From positions 106,268,001 through 106,332,000 of the forward strand of contig NC_042999.1 of assembly GCF_006345805.1 (NCBI RefSeq): a stretch of DNA of 64,000 bases, written 5' to 3'. A program made the translations under genes and the position numbers. Below, piece by piece: positions 1 to 13,593 of this stretch (positions are counted from its first letter, which is position 1; each line of letters begins with the position of its first letter). Source of the stretch: Octopus sinensis (Eukaryota). The notes beneath the pieces were generated by a model. The model saw only the letters and a list, made by a program, of their open reading frames with translations. It did no database searches and was not told the origin of the DNA.

Positions 1-2651
1 AACCCTCATTGGAATTCTTTATCGGATGCATAATGCAATAATTCTACATGCCACAAAACAGTAGTTTCCTGTTCATGGTAGAAAAGAGAAATTGACTATA
101 GGCCAGCATTTTTTCTTGTTTTTCAAACTGATAAATGTAAACAAACAGTTTTTGCAAAGATACCATACTTAATATAAACATAACACTTTGTACAATCAAC
201 TATATTACAGCTGATGGCGAACGAGTGAACGGTTATTAATTATTGAAATAACATGAGTACCACGTAGACTGGATTTGTCAAATTTACATGCTTTCGATAA
301 CAGTAATTGCACCACCATGAATACAGAGCCATGGTGAAAGAGGACTTATTAATCAAAGAACTTGCATACGGTTTGCTATGTCACAATGCAATCAACTTTC
401 TACTCGCTCTGCAAATAACACAAAACAAAATGAAAGTAGTACTCTGGGAATGATTCAAGCAATGATCCCCATTATTTTTCCTTGTGATGTGACAATTATA
501 TCTACGGAAAAAAATGAAATCTTCAACGAAATTATGGTAAGTTCAGAAAATTGGATTAAAATATGAGCAATGTAGTTCTCATAAAATAAATATTTAACAA
601 TTATCGAGTTTCCTTATTATAGATTTTATATTTAATATGTCACTGTTGTAAAAATTTTTAGTTTCCCAAGTTTTAATGAAGCAGTAAATACATTGCTCTT
701 TCTCCTCCATTTTGTGTATTGTGTATATACATGTGTGTATGTGTGTAATGCTTGTGCGTTTGTGTGTCTGTGTGCTCGTATAGGTATCTGCGTATATATA
801 TATATATATATACCTAATAATCCAACATCATGTACCAACTAGAATGATTTAATTTCATACACACACGTGCGCGCACACACACAAACACAGACACACACAC
901 ACATACACACACAGATATATATATATATATATACTTCGGTAGGTTTTGAAATTCACACACATACACACACGCGCAGGCACACAATCATAAATAAGGTATA
1001 TAAATATATATATCACACACAAACATCAGAAATTCAAATATCCTTTTGATATACCTTTGTCAAGATCCCAACATTTGACTCTGCTGGGGACTTAATTACA
1101 TATATCAAAAATCAATATATAAAAACAGATATTATTTGATATTCAGAAATGTTCAAATAATACCAACATTTATGAAAGCTGTTGTGATCACCATCATCGC
1201 CACCACGATTGTCACAATAAATTAAAAAGATAAAAAGAATTTGAAAACCCCGGTTAAACAATAAATTTATTCCTGTTTATCATTGACTTCATGTTTTGCT
1301 ATCAGAATGTTTTATACCATCTGTCATTATCTGATCTAGACTGACATGCTTGACCTAAACAGGATAATTTGTCTTTCTAGTGAAATATGTCAATAAATTT
1401 TGTTTACACATGAAATATCAAAGAACGTATTCAACCAAAGAGTTCATGTCAAACCTATTATATTCTCTTTCGATAAGAACATATTCCTTGGACTCCAATT
1501 CTTTAACATCCATTTGCTTCACACAGTTTTTCAATTTCACCATCGTTTTAAAAATTTTGTTGTAATTGATTCTTTTAGCCTTTGTTTTACCAAAACGAAA
1601 ACTTTTCCTAGACACATGAGCTTTATTTCATATATACATTTTCCCCTACTTTGATCAGGTAAAGAGAACATGATGTAATACAAAAATGAATGCATATTCC
1701 CTGCACATTGACTATCAATACCAGCACAATAGTCCCCAGAGATAATATAATCTGCAAGGGTTTAAGCAACCATAATGATAACGTCCACGGTATTGTGCAC
1801 GAGCTATGCAACCATTTAGAAAATTGAAGATGGCGATAATGCGGAGAAACGATTATCACACCAGCGAATTAGTTTCGTAGCTTCCTCTAAATTCACTCCC
1901 AAACCTTTACAAATCTAGCATAAAACTCTTTATGTTCATACTTAAAATGAATAGGTCAGCTGATGGGTTTTCTCCTTACGTTAAAGGTTACACTGAGGAA
2001 GCTTGCAGACTATGACAAATCTGTTGTCTATTCTAATATGTTATCATATAATAAAAAAAACATTGCGATGAGAAAATTTAACAAGCCAGTAAGATAATCT
2101 CTACGCGTTAAAAACAGAATATTGTTCAAATTACACCAAGTTGCACAGAGCCTATCGGAAAGACGAACTAGTTATAATTAGAACAATTTTCATCAGATGA
2201 CATTTGGATTAGGAAGGCTGTACTAACATAAATTTAACATTAACGACGAAAGCAAAATTTTGAATACGCCAACGTCAGTTTGTAAGTATATGTTGGATTA
2301 CTAACAGGAAATAGCAGATATATCGCACTAGAACCGTCTTAAAAATACGTTAGATCATGTATTCCGAGATATATTATTGCTGAAATAAAACATGAATGCT
2401 GAAATATATTTGACCATAGCTGTGCGCAATCAAGGATGAACGAAGTGGTGAAACAAAGTCAATAATATATAAAAACTAGACAGAAGCTAATAATTTTAAA
2501 ACATGTTGTCAAATAATTACTCTCTCTTATCGATGGCATTCACAAATGAAACGAATGTAATGCATATTCAACAGGTACCATTTGATTTATTTTTAAGTCA
2601 CATAAAAATTGCATAGTGTAAAATAGTGAAATTAGCTAAAAATAGATAATA

Positions 2652-2814
2652 ATATTCTGTTGTGTTTGGGGAGGGTCATTTTCTTTTTGTGCCTTATAAT
2701 TTAACACACTCACCGATAAACTTGCCACTAATTCCTTGTTGAAATTTTACTGGCGATTGTGTTAAATTATAAGGCACAAAAAGAAAATGACTCTCCTCAG
2801 ACACAACAGAATAT
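2652..2814. mobile_element. Hairpin MITE-like element (about 55-bp inverted arms, about 50-bp spacer)
   Basis: ATATTCTGTTGTGTTTGGGGAGGGTCATTTTCTTTTTGTGCCTTATAATTTAACA at 2652 is the near-perfect reverse complement of the segment ending at 2814. Confidence 0.8.
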
Positions 2815-3075
2815 GCTTCAACACACGAACTCACATAAAGAATCGTGCAAACCAAATCCAAAAACTAAATAGATAATAATAGCTCTTATTTAAAATAGAA
2901 AAAATTATCCCCTAGGAAAAGCTTAAGGACAACAATATAATTGCATTCTTAACTCTTTCATGGGCTTCATTGTGAATTTCTTACGTAGTATATTATAACA
3001 CTGTATCAATCAGAGAAGCAAAAGCCCTTCTCTTGCCAGTTTGGTATGACTAAAGAAAGGTAATGTAGAATATAC

Positions 3076-3860
3076 TACAGAGAGGCGTACAAAAAGTATC
3101 TCAGGTTGTGTAGCATAGTGTAAATACAGAAATAAATTTACATACACCAAAGTAGACCTCAGCCTTTCGTTTGCAAGTTTCATTCTACTATTTCAACCGC
3201 TTGTAACTGCTGTTCAGAAGCCATGTGTAGTAATTTACACGCTTGCTCGTGAAATCGACGTTTAATTGTTGTACACATCTGAAATGATATAGTTTCAAAT
3301 TTAGACTTTTCAGCACCCGTTGACATGGCTTCCTCCTTATATGAGAACGCTATGACATTTCACGAGTTGACTTCTTTGGACTTCGAGCAATCTTTTGGCG
3401 AATGTTCTGACAAACTTACGACGTTCGAACTGTAGGTTTTTTGTTTTGGGATGTTGTACACTGACCCTGTAGCGCGCCACATCTTAACCTACATTTGTAT
3501 CGTTCACTTTGCCGGCATACATTTACCTGGAAACTTGACTTCAGAAATTTCAGGCATTTACTTAACAAAATATATCCTCACATACGCTTCTACAATTTCC
3601 TCTCTTTCCGCTACTGAGTATGTCATTTTACAGAGAAGGGAAGAGATGTTTATTCAATGCAATCTTACAATCAACAAATGAGGTGAAGTTGTAGTGCGGA
3701 TAATATAGCAAATGGTGCGCCATATTTGTTCAGCAGTTACAAGCTGTGTATATAACACAACAACACTTGCAAACGAAAGGTGATGTTTCGGGTGTAAATT
3801 TACTTCTGTGCTTACACTATGCCACGGAACCCGGGCTACATTTTTGTGCGACACCCTTTA
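3076..3860. mobile_element. Non-autonomous Tc1/mariner-like element with long imperfect TIRs
   Basis: Ends TACAGAGAGG... and ...CACCCTTTA. Blocks GCATAGTGTAA, TAAATTTACA, CCTTTCGTTTGCAAGT and GCTTGTAACTGCTG recur in inverted orientation at the two ends. TA termini; no intact ORF. Confidence 0.7.
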
Positions 3861-4567
3861 GGACCAAGCATTTATTTCATAAGGTACTAGTTAACTTAAA
3901 ATATTACTAATTATAACATGCAATGTAATTTCTGTAAATAGCAGATATTCAATTTCCTTCTATTAATTCACTCTACAAAATGAAATTCTTGAATAAATCT
4001 ATATCCATCAATTTATACACATCTTTAAATGCCAAGGATGAAGTATCGTTGTGGTCATTTGATCAGCTAAAAATACCATCTAAATATCCAAACAAGCATA
4101 TATGCATCATCTCACGATACAGGTTTATAAAATACTAAGTAACATTGGATAATATAATATTAGATAACGTTCCAAATATCAAAACCTACACGCTTGAACA
4201 GGACTGATCACAACAGTACACGATCTGCGCAGACCTTGCCGTAAGCGACAAGAGCGATACAATTTCTGAAACAAAAAGTCAAGCAAATAGGCGGTGGTGC
4301 AGTGGTTGACATGAAATAAGAGATGATACCACACTATTCTATATAACAATTTGCACTTTTATTATGCAGAAACTGAATCTTTAAGATCGTATATTATGTA
4401 AATATGGAAAAGTTATCAGTGGTATATTGTCATTGATAAATGCGTTTATAATGTTTCAGACTCGTTATTGAAAAATAATTTGTGTACTTTAATCTGGAAT
4501 CGTCGTGCGTGATCGCAGGCACGTTGGTTGCATGCTGACATTCATTCGTACCTATATACATACGTAT

Positions 4568-4616
<49 letters not shown>

Positions 4617-4761
4617 GTGTGTGTGTGTGTAAATGAAGAAAATTATTCTGAGCGGTAAAAGTAATCATAAAAAGTCAAGCACGAAATAAGGATAGATACG
4701 TCGGACTACTTAATACTGATAAATATATCTCACTAAAAACAACATGGTATCGGTTTCCCAT

Positions 4762-4950
4762 CCCTATTTGCCAGATTTAGCACCTGTGGACTTCCACCTC
4801 TTCCTCAAGATGAAAATGCAGCTCAAAGGTCGCCTTTTTAACATCCTCTACTCACTTAGGGAAAACGACTTCCAGGCTGGATTCTAAAACAGGTAGGAAT
4901 GATGGAACCGGTTTATTGTCGTGCAAGGTAATTATTTCGAAGAAGACGAT
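4762..4950 (+). mobile_element. Mariner transposase C-terminal fragment (decayed)
   Basis: Translates PYLPDLAPVDFHLFLKMKMQLKGRLF, matching the mariner YSPDLAPxDF motif. Confidence 0.85.
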
Positions 4951-7243
4951 GCTAAGCTTAGGTAAATATGTTATTTTGTATTAAACGTAATTAATCCGAG
5001 AACTTTTCGATACCACCTATCTTAAAAATTGCCTTCATATGCCATGCAAGAAATATCCATGAAATAGAGTCTACGTAAAAGACAGAATGTCTCAGTTGAC
5101 AATGAAGTTAGGTTATACAAATCCAATTCGAACACATAAGCCACTTTATTGTTATCTTTGAGAATGCATCCACTACGTACTATTTTCTCCTAAAGGCTGC
5201 TGCAAGTTGCCAGATCAACCTAGAAGAAAAAGATTAGCCACTCCAATCTAGAAGAAAATAAAGAAACAGTGAAAATATATTGATCACGAGGAATTGGAAG
5301 AATATATGTGGAACTGATGCATAAATAAAAACTATAAAGGAATACACACACAGAAAACAAATTAAAACGCAATCAACATATCTTTGTCTAGGTGACAAAA
5401 TAAAATTGTTCCGTGATCGAAATCAGCTGTCTAATTAACATCAATGTGGTAAAAACAATACCTGTACGAATCCAAAAACGAGTTTCTACTTTATTCCTTT
5501 TATTATTGGAGTAACGGGGTGTGTACAGTCCAGCTGGATCGGTTCGCGTTTCAGTCTGTATCCTTGGCAAAATAACATTGCTACATACCTCATACACGTC
5601 GCTGAATCAATCTGCCTTGCTTATTATAAATTTTCATAAAATTCTTACGACATGAATTTGGAATATTTGAGAAACAATAATGAAACGGATAAGATAACTT
5701 ATTCGCACAAAATATATTTTCTCTTGAACCACTCCTCTTAAAAGTTAGTTCGTCAAAATAAATTCTTGGATACAATAAGAAAATATAGATATATTCAGAC
5801 AATTAATAGATTGGTTCAGCGTTAACGCAATACACGTACGTTGGCGACTTGACTGCGATGGGATCTTATCCCCTGTGTAAAAGTAAACTGCATCAAGTCT
5901 CTAAGAAATCCATGTGATATTTTACCTTGTGCTGTTAACGTTAATATAATTCCATCTACTGCCAGTTCAATTTTTTCTCATGTTTACAAATTCAATTATC
6001 CCCACCCTCTTTGGTACTAGGTAGCCTGTTTGAAGTACTAGCTTTAAAGTAGACTTAGTTCGTTTTCTGAGAATAGGACAGGAATTGTCAGTTTTTCAAC
6101 TATTTGGACAATGTTAGTCCTGCAAATTGATAAAGCCAGCTACAACATATTCATGAATAACCAATGTAGAAGTAATTCTAGAATAACATGATATAATGTA
6201 AATATTTTATATATCAAACTCACGAACCACTTATCATTTATTGGCAATAGTCCAAGACATTGACTTGATGATTCTACCTTCACAAGATGTAATATAGAAT
6301 ATCCAAGAAACCAATAAAAGTTTCATTTGCAAAATAAAATTTAAAGGAAGGATTACCATAGTATACTCATGTAAGATATGAGTGAAACGGGGCGTATGTA
6401 TACTAGTGAGAGTAGCTGAATATTTCAATAAAATTCTCAAGAAATGCATATATCATAAGACTGGGTATAACAGGTCAGAAAAACCAAAACGTTTATATTG
6501 TTGGAAGAGTATTACTTCAGCGGTCAAAACATATACAAAACAATATAAAATATACAAATATATTCTAACCTAATTGTATATTGAGCTGAATTTCGATAAT
6601 CATGGAACCTCACAATTACATTATGAAATATATATGCAGCAAGGGCTCTCAAAAGGCGAAAAAACCCCAGGAATTCTGATAATAAATAAGTTTATTGTAA
6701 TAATGAAATAAATAGCAGGAAGTTATATGCAAATTCAGTTACACATACATGCTTACGTACCTTCTAACTTTGAAATGATGTCAATGATGATATATTGTCA
6801 CATCTGAGTGGGTGTAATCTCATTTCATTTTCATTGTATTAAATTTACTGTGTTTTTTTCTGTTCAAAGTTTTTCTGGAGCAAAGTTCGGTGTTTAAAGA
6901 AACAACTTAATACGGGATTCTATCCAGATCAATGTTGTTATTTATTGTTGTGAAGAGCATTCTGTACTGCACACATATCTACTAATGTGAGTAATTACAA
7001 TGACTTATATAATATCATTTAGGGCAAAATCGGGACCAGTAATCTGCTAGCATTCTGTAACATTAAATAAGTGTGTGTAAATTTTTTAGGACGATGTAGA
7101 AGTTGGGTACGAGAATAAAGGTAATAACATTCACTGATGGTGATAATGTCATATTTTGAAGTACTAACATCAGCTGCAGCAGATGTTTTGGTTGATGATA
7201 AACATAATGATGATGGTCATCATAACAATAGTGGTAACAACAA

Positions 7244-7494
7244 GGTAAAGTTACCTTCTCGAGTCATGCCAGCTCATAAATGCGAGTTTTTCTGTTTCAT
7301 GGCGTATAAGTTCCCCACTTGGATGGGCCGCCAGTCCATCGCAGAATTTCTCATTTTTGCTAGCTTAGTGGATTGGAACACTGTGAAATGAAGCGTTTCG
7401 CTCAAGAACAAAACGCTTCGTCCGGTTCAGGAATAGAAACCACAATCTTAGGATAATGAGTCCAACACCCTATTCACTGAGCTAAGCGCCTCCA
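7244..7494 (-). mobile_element. tRNA-derived CORE-type SINE
   Basis: Minus strand has an A-box-like GCTTAGCTCAGTGAATAGG, a B-box-like GGTTTCTATTCC and a CORE-like TTCTTGAGCGAAACGCTTCATTTCAC. Homologous to the copy at 19216. Confidence 0.85.
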
Positions 7495-9026
7495 CTATAA
7501 CGATTATGACAGCAACAACGACTACAGGAGAGGATATATATGATTAAATAACTGTTGTCTCAGGTGGTTATACTTAAGATTGTCAACAAGTTTGAAACCT
7601 TAGTAAGAAAGAAATAACGTAAGGGCCCTTATCGATAGTTAATTCATTATTCATGTGGGTAAAATATTGGGAAGCATGATGAGCTGATTCGAAATTGCTA
7701 CAAGGCATTTCTTGATAAATATCTTCAAATTTAATACTTTTTGTTCCCTGGAGCCAATATGTTACAATCTATAATTCTTCATCTTGAAATTTCATTGCAC
7801 TTAACTTATAAAATATCCCTCTAGGCTTCATTTCCCTGAAATATGAATGGAAGAATAATAAGAGAGTAAATATCCATAACCCTTTCAGAGGTTCTTATTG
7901 ACATTTTCTGTGAAGTGACAAGTAAAACATAATGTTAAACCTTAAGTAGAGGACAAAATGCAAAATTATTATGTTTTTTTCTTATAGATTTCATATAAAA
8001 TTTACTAAGGCCAGCAAACATTTAGTAAAATATATATATATATAATTTTAGCATACCGGAAAGAAGAAATTGTCTGCCACTTTCCTTTTCTGAACAGCTC
8101 TCATCAATCCCTGAATATATAACGACATAATTCACATTTCACAAAAAAAGTGATTTTCAGCATTACTGAAGCAATATTCACAGAAGTCTTTTACCATTGT
8201 TTCTTCAATCACATTTCCCTAAGCTTTAATACTTTTAAACAAACATACACTAACATGTGTTTTGCTTCTTGAAGTTTACTGTTTAATTCAACATAAACCA
8301 ATTCAATTTTAGCAATATATTTTAGGAAACAATGTATGGACTGTGAAATTCCTGGAACGAAATACTCTCCAACTCTAGACAATTAATTTCACATATAAAA
8401 GTCTAGACATATTTCTTCCCTTATACACACAGATCATACACACACACAGCCTATGCACGCACACGCACGCACACACATACGCACACATGTACATTCATGC
8501 ACCTGCAAAATCACATGTGCGTCCATTCTCTGTTCACAGGTCAGTTCGACCGGAACAGATCCGCAACAACCACGAGAATCTCACTACACAGTTTGACAGT
8601 CCTTCTATCTTTAAAAAATTTCAACTACTTAAATACTTAATCTAGCAAAGAACACTCTTGAAATTTATGCTTGAAATTTACCAGTAGTTGTGGAATCCAT
8701 ATTAGTTTGGTTTGGTCTTTGTCAAATGTCTTAAAAAATACATTAATCGATATGTATTTTGATATCCTACTTCAAACAACCCAGCAAAGAAATCGAAATC
8801 ATTCATGTTGTCATCTTCCTTCTCACCACCATTGTCAACACCAATACAATCGGCGCCACCAATACATTCAACGTCAGACCTTATCAGCAGCAGCACCACC
8901 ACCACCACCAACATCATCCTCACTAGCGGCATTGCCACCGCTCCAACCTACATTTCTGCTAATTACACTGAACTATTGCAGTTTTAATCAACGATAATTG
9001 AAACAGAATTAAATGACACAGGAAAC

Positions 9027-9086
9027 GTAGTAGTAGTAGTAATTAGTAGTAGTAGTAGTAGTAGTAGTAGCCGCAGCAGCACCGGC

Positions 9087-9120
<34 letters not shown>

Positions 9121-9258
9121 ACATTAGTAGTTGTAGCAGCGGTAGCAGTAGTAGTAATATTATTATTATTATTATTATATTATTATTATTATTATTATTA
9201 TTTGTAGTAGTAGTAGTAGTAATAGTAGTAGTAGTATTAGTAGTAGTAGTAGTAGTTT

Positions 9259-9334
<76 letters not shown>
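9027..9334. repeat. Compound (TAG)n/(TAT)n microsatellite
   Basis: Direct reading of the sequence. Confidence 0.98.
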
Positions 9335-9335
<1 letters not shown>

Positions 9336-10790
9336 AGCTGGAAACATTACTACAGTCTGTGCATGGATTTACCCAAGAAATAAACAGGGAATTCAGCATC
9401 GAAAAATGTGCCAAATCAAATTTCGAAATAGGAAGGTTAGTTAAGAGTAACTATATCACACTAGACAAAGCAAATAAAATAATAGAATTAGACCAAAGGC
9501 AGACATACAAATAATTAGGAATCAATAAACTAAATACGGAACAACACACACAAGTGCAAAATAAGTTGAGAAAGGAATACTATAGACGAGTTAGATTAGT
9601 ACAGAAAATAGACTTCAATGCGATAAACAAGATAATAGGTATCAGCACTCTAGTCATCCCAGTTCTAACTTCCAGCTACAATATTCTTAATTAGATTCTA
9701 CATGAATTAACGAAACTAACCAGGAAAACAAGAAAAATAATGACTCAATTCTGGATGCACCACCCAAAAGTTGTCATAGAAATGCTATATATACAACGAT
9801 TTGAAAGTAGTTGAAGCCTTATACAACTAGAATACTATTATAAAATAAACCCCATTGGATTACAGAAATACCTAGTTCAGAAGCAAGGAAAACTGATACA
9901 AATAGCCACAAACACGAGCAAAATAATAATAATAAACTGTTCTCAGTCTTTAAGGAAGCCGAAAATACAAGAAGTCATAGTACTTGTTAACTATGAAAAA
10001 AAAGAATAAACAGCAACAATTGTAAAACATCTGATATCCAAATTAAAACTGGATCGACAAAGTATCATGATAAAACGATGGCAAGAAAAGCCTTTATATG
10101 GCAACTATCGAGACAAGCTAAACAAAAAAAGATATAGAAGAATTAAAATCCTAACAAAGGCTGAGAAGCTTAGGATTCAAACTGTGACTGAAGAACTTTT
10201 ATATACAGCACAAGATCAAGACCGCCCCAACCAACAGAAAACACCAGAATCACATAATGAAGAAAAATACAAGTAACTATGGTTATTTGTGGTGGGGGGA
10301 ATAAACAACAAGCCATATTGTCTCAGGCTGCACAGTCCAGGCTAAGAAGAGATATATCCACAGATATGACAGAGTTGCGACCTGTATACACCTGAAGCTA
10401 TACCAACACTATAGAATGAAAAGAGAAAATAGATGTTATAGGCATATTCCAGGAAAAGTCAAAAGAACTGACAAAGCAACCATACCTCTGTAATATTTCT
10501 ATACACTGAGATAAAGAGATGAAGGATTATAGACCGGATATAGTTGTTCATCAGAGTTCCTCAAGAAACGAATGCCTTCTAATCGATGTATCATTACTAA
10601 AAGATGACAATATACCCTTAATAGAAACAGAGGAAACTCTCAAAATACAAAGATCTGGAAGTAGAGGTGACCCGAATCCCGAATGTAGAGCCTAGAAACA
10701 GAAACAATCCCAATAATAATAGGTTCATTAGGTATAGTGAAAATTTTTTCAGAAATATACATAAGCAAAACACCAGAACTTACCATTTAT
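9335..10790 (+). mobile_element. 5'-truncated, decayed R4/Dong-type (RLE) non-LTR retrotransposon: RT C-terminus, zinc-knuckle region and endonuclease
   Basis: Frameshifted translation gives EFSIEKCAK, TYK*LG, RKTRKIMT..MHHPK, WQEKPLYG, TAQDQ, RPDIVV, CLLIDVS and KYKDLEVEV, the motif order typical of RLE-clade LINEs. Confidence 0.85.
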
Positions 10791-10903
10791 GTATCTATTG
10801 TCTCTCTCTTTCTCTTTCACTTCCTTTGTGTCCCTCTTCTCTCCCGTTTTTGATTTAACAATGTGTATATGTATCTATGTATCTACTCCTCTAGCGATGT
10901 GAT

Positions 10904-11140
10904 AAACATTTAAAAACACAAAACGAACGTCGGCACCACTTACTGTCTCTGTCGCTCTTTCTTTCTCTGTCACTTTCTCACTCTCTCTCTCTCTCTCTCT
11001 CTCGCTATTTCTCTCTTACGTCCTGTCTGAAACATTTAAAAACACAAAACGAACGCCGTCACCAATCACTGTCTCGTTCACTCTCTCTCTCTCTCTTTCT
11101 CTCACTTTCACTTTCTTACTTCTCTGTCCTCCTCTCTCTC
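10904..11140. repeat. About 126-bp tandem duplication with CT microsatellite
   Basis: AAACATTTAAAAACACAAAACGAACG starts at both 10904 and 11030. Confidence 0.85.
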
Positions 11141-11206
11141 GCTTTGCCACTTCTTTGAAGTAAGTGTGACGCACACAACAGGTATGTACAATAACAAAAA
11201 GTTAGC

Positions 11207-11207
<1 letters not shown>

Positions 11208-11254
<47 letters not shown>

Positions 11255-11264
11255 TATTATTATT

Positions 11265-11344
<80 letters not shown>

Positions 11345-11345
11345 C
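11208..11345. repeat. (TAT)n/(AAT)n microsatellite
   Basis: Direct reading of the sequence. Confidence 0.97.
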
Positions 11346-12371
11346 TACATTATAATGATTGAAGAAGTGTGGCACTGTGTCCAGTTTATTTTTCCCCCCA
11401 CGTTATTGAAACTAGTCATATTACTTTGAAAAAATAATAAATAAATATTAAAAAAACTAAACTATAAAGTTTATTTGCATTTTACACATAAATTATGATG
11501 CTTAATATTTGAAGATTCGCTTCTCTTTTAAGTGTCAACTTCCATTTAAATTCCATATGTAACCAAATAGCTTTTTTTCGTGTTCGTGAAAAATATAATA
11601 AAGCGAAAATAAAAACGAGTAAATTATTTAAAAAAGTATTACGTAGTGCAAAAACAATAATCCCTATCTAATAGAATGCTTTCTTTCAAATTTTGTTAGA
11701 CTGTGGCCATGCTGAGTTACCACCTTGAAATTATTTAGTCAATAATATCATTACCCAACACAGTTCTTCGCACACGGTCAAAAGCCTGTTGCATTACCAA
11801 GAGCGTCAAGAAAAGAAAATATTAAAATATTAGCAGGATAAATGAAAAGGGTACTTTTGCTGACAATTGTATCTGCAAAAACATTCTACAGTGATGTGTG
11901 ACATTCATTATTCTCTTTGAATTGAAATGTATTTAAGTTTCTTTTTAATTGCTAGGAAAGGGAAACTAGAAACACTTAAGGCGTCTATAAGTGAATATAA
12001 TGAAACAACAATATAGCTAAACTCAACTTTTCACATTGGTAAATGTGATCCATTAATTGCCAGCAGGGCATCTATTTTCAAATTCACTCAAGTGAAGATT
12101 CATGAATATTTTCCATTGACAGTCTCATCTCTTTTCCAATTTTCATTATCGTCTTTTTTAAATGTATCATGGATTATTTTAGTGATTACAGAATAAACTA
12201 TTACAGAGTCTTTGTACAATTCATGATCATATTGTCCTTTTACACTATAATTTCTGCACTATATCTATATGTATATATAATATCAATATGCGCAACACAT
12301 ATGCAAGAAGAAAACCACCCGGGGCGGTTTTTTATGCTAGTAATAATAATAATTGCATCAATGAGCAGAAG

Positions 12372-12510
12372 CCTCTGCATGGCAAAATATGTGACACCTA
12401 GCAAAAATGTTGATGTTGACCAGAAGCACACCCATCAATGGCTACAGAGCTCAAGACTAAAAGCAGAGAAAGCCCCGTCTGAGCTGCTCAAAATCAAAGC
12501 TTATTGACCT
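12372..12510 (+). mobile_element. Short R4/Dong-type LINE fragment
   Basis: LHG..DVDQKHTHQWLQSSRLKAE..AAQNQSLLT resembles the WLxxxxLKxETEGxxxAAQDQ motif. Confidence 0.7.
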
Positions 12511-13119
12511 AATCATCACATCTCGGTAAAATAACCTCACAAGCTAACAAAATAAAAAGATGTGTTCATTGCAATCAAAAAATATGTACGATCTCAAGGT
12601 GGTAAATACTAGTGATAGTAGGGTCACCATGAATTATTATTAAACAATGAAAAGGGGATTATTTGAGAATGAGCTCTGGTTTACTCTCCTTACAAGAAGT
12701 GCAAAAGATTTCTTTAACAGGTACGTCACACGTATTGAGTAGAGCATTGTCACTGTAAGAACGATTACCACTCATGTTAATGTTTCATATAATTTATTTC
12801 AATACATGTGTTTGTTTTAATGGCCTATCAATGTATACAATGAGTTTTCTTTGCCATAAGTATTGCGAAGAAAACTCAGCAAGAAATAGAATCAAATTTG
12901 AAAGAAGGAATAATAATGACAGTAATATTCCTAATAACATTAATGTTTATTGTTGTCGTCGGTTAAGTTTGATACAAGAGGTAAAAATTAGAGAAGTATC
13001 TAGTAACGAAAGAAACAAATAAATATGTGTTTTCAAGTTCATTCGATCATTTATACCTTCATCTTTGGCAATAATGTTTTATCTCATTTTCTATTATGAT
13101 AAGATTCTATGTTTGTAAT

Positions 13120-13148
13120 CATTGTTGTTGTTATTGCTGTTGTTACTG

Positions 13149-13206
<58 letters not shown>

Positions 13207-13284
13207 CACCATCATCATCATCATCATTATTATTATCATCATCATCATCATCATATCATCATTATTATTATTATTATTATTATA

Positions 13285-13325
<41 letters not shown>
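13120..13325. repeat. (TAT)n/(CAT)n compound microsatellite
   Basis: Direct reading of the sequence. Confidence 0.97.
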
Positions 13326-13329
<4 letters not shown>

Positions 13330-13553
13330 CATATATACGTAAAGCATTTCTCATGTGTGTGAGACTGCGAATGTGCGTAGATGTGTGGAGATGTAGAATT
13401 AAGAGAAGAAACACGATGAAAAATTAGAGACAGGAGAAGAATTATATGTGCGTGCGTGTATATGTGTGGTAAGAAGTAAGGAAGCAAACCAATGAAAGTG
13501 AATGCGAACACAACTTACAGACACGCACACACACAAACACACACAAACACACT

Positions 13554-13593
<40 letters not shown>

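Noticed and set aside
327-542. Possible exon ending at ATG/GTAAGT (ORF 378-566)
   Set aside because: Good donor site, but the translation resembles no known family and no compatible neighbouring exons were found.
1418-1859. Two minus-strand ORFs that look protein-like
   Set aside because: No recognisable motif or consistent splice structure; short ORFs are expected by chance.
8702-8938. ORF resembling a signal peptide plus an acidic segment
   Set aside because: Derived from decayed CAC/CAG/CAT trinucleotide repeats.
9175-13427. Poly-L/I/Y/N ORFs and HT/YI-repeat ORFs here and across the track
   Set aside because: These are translations of (TAG), (TAT), (CA) and (TA) microsatellites, not genes.
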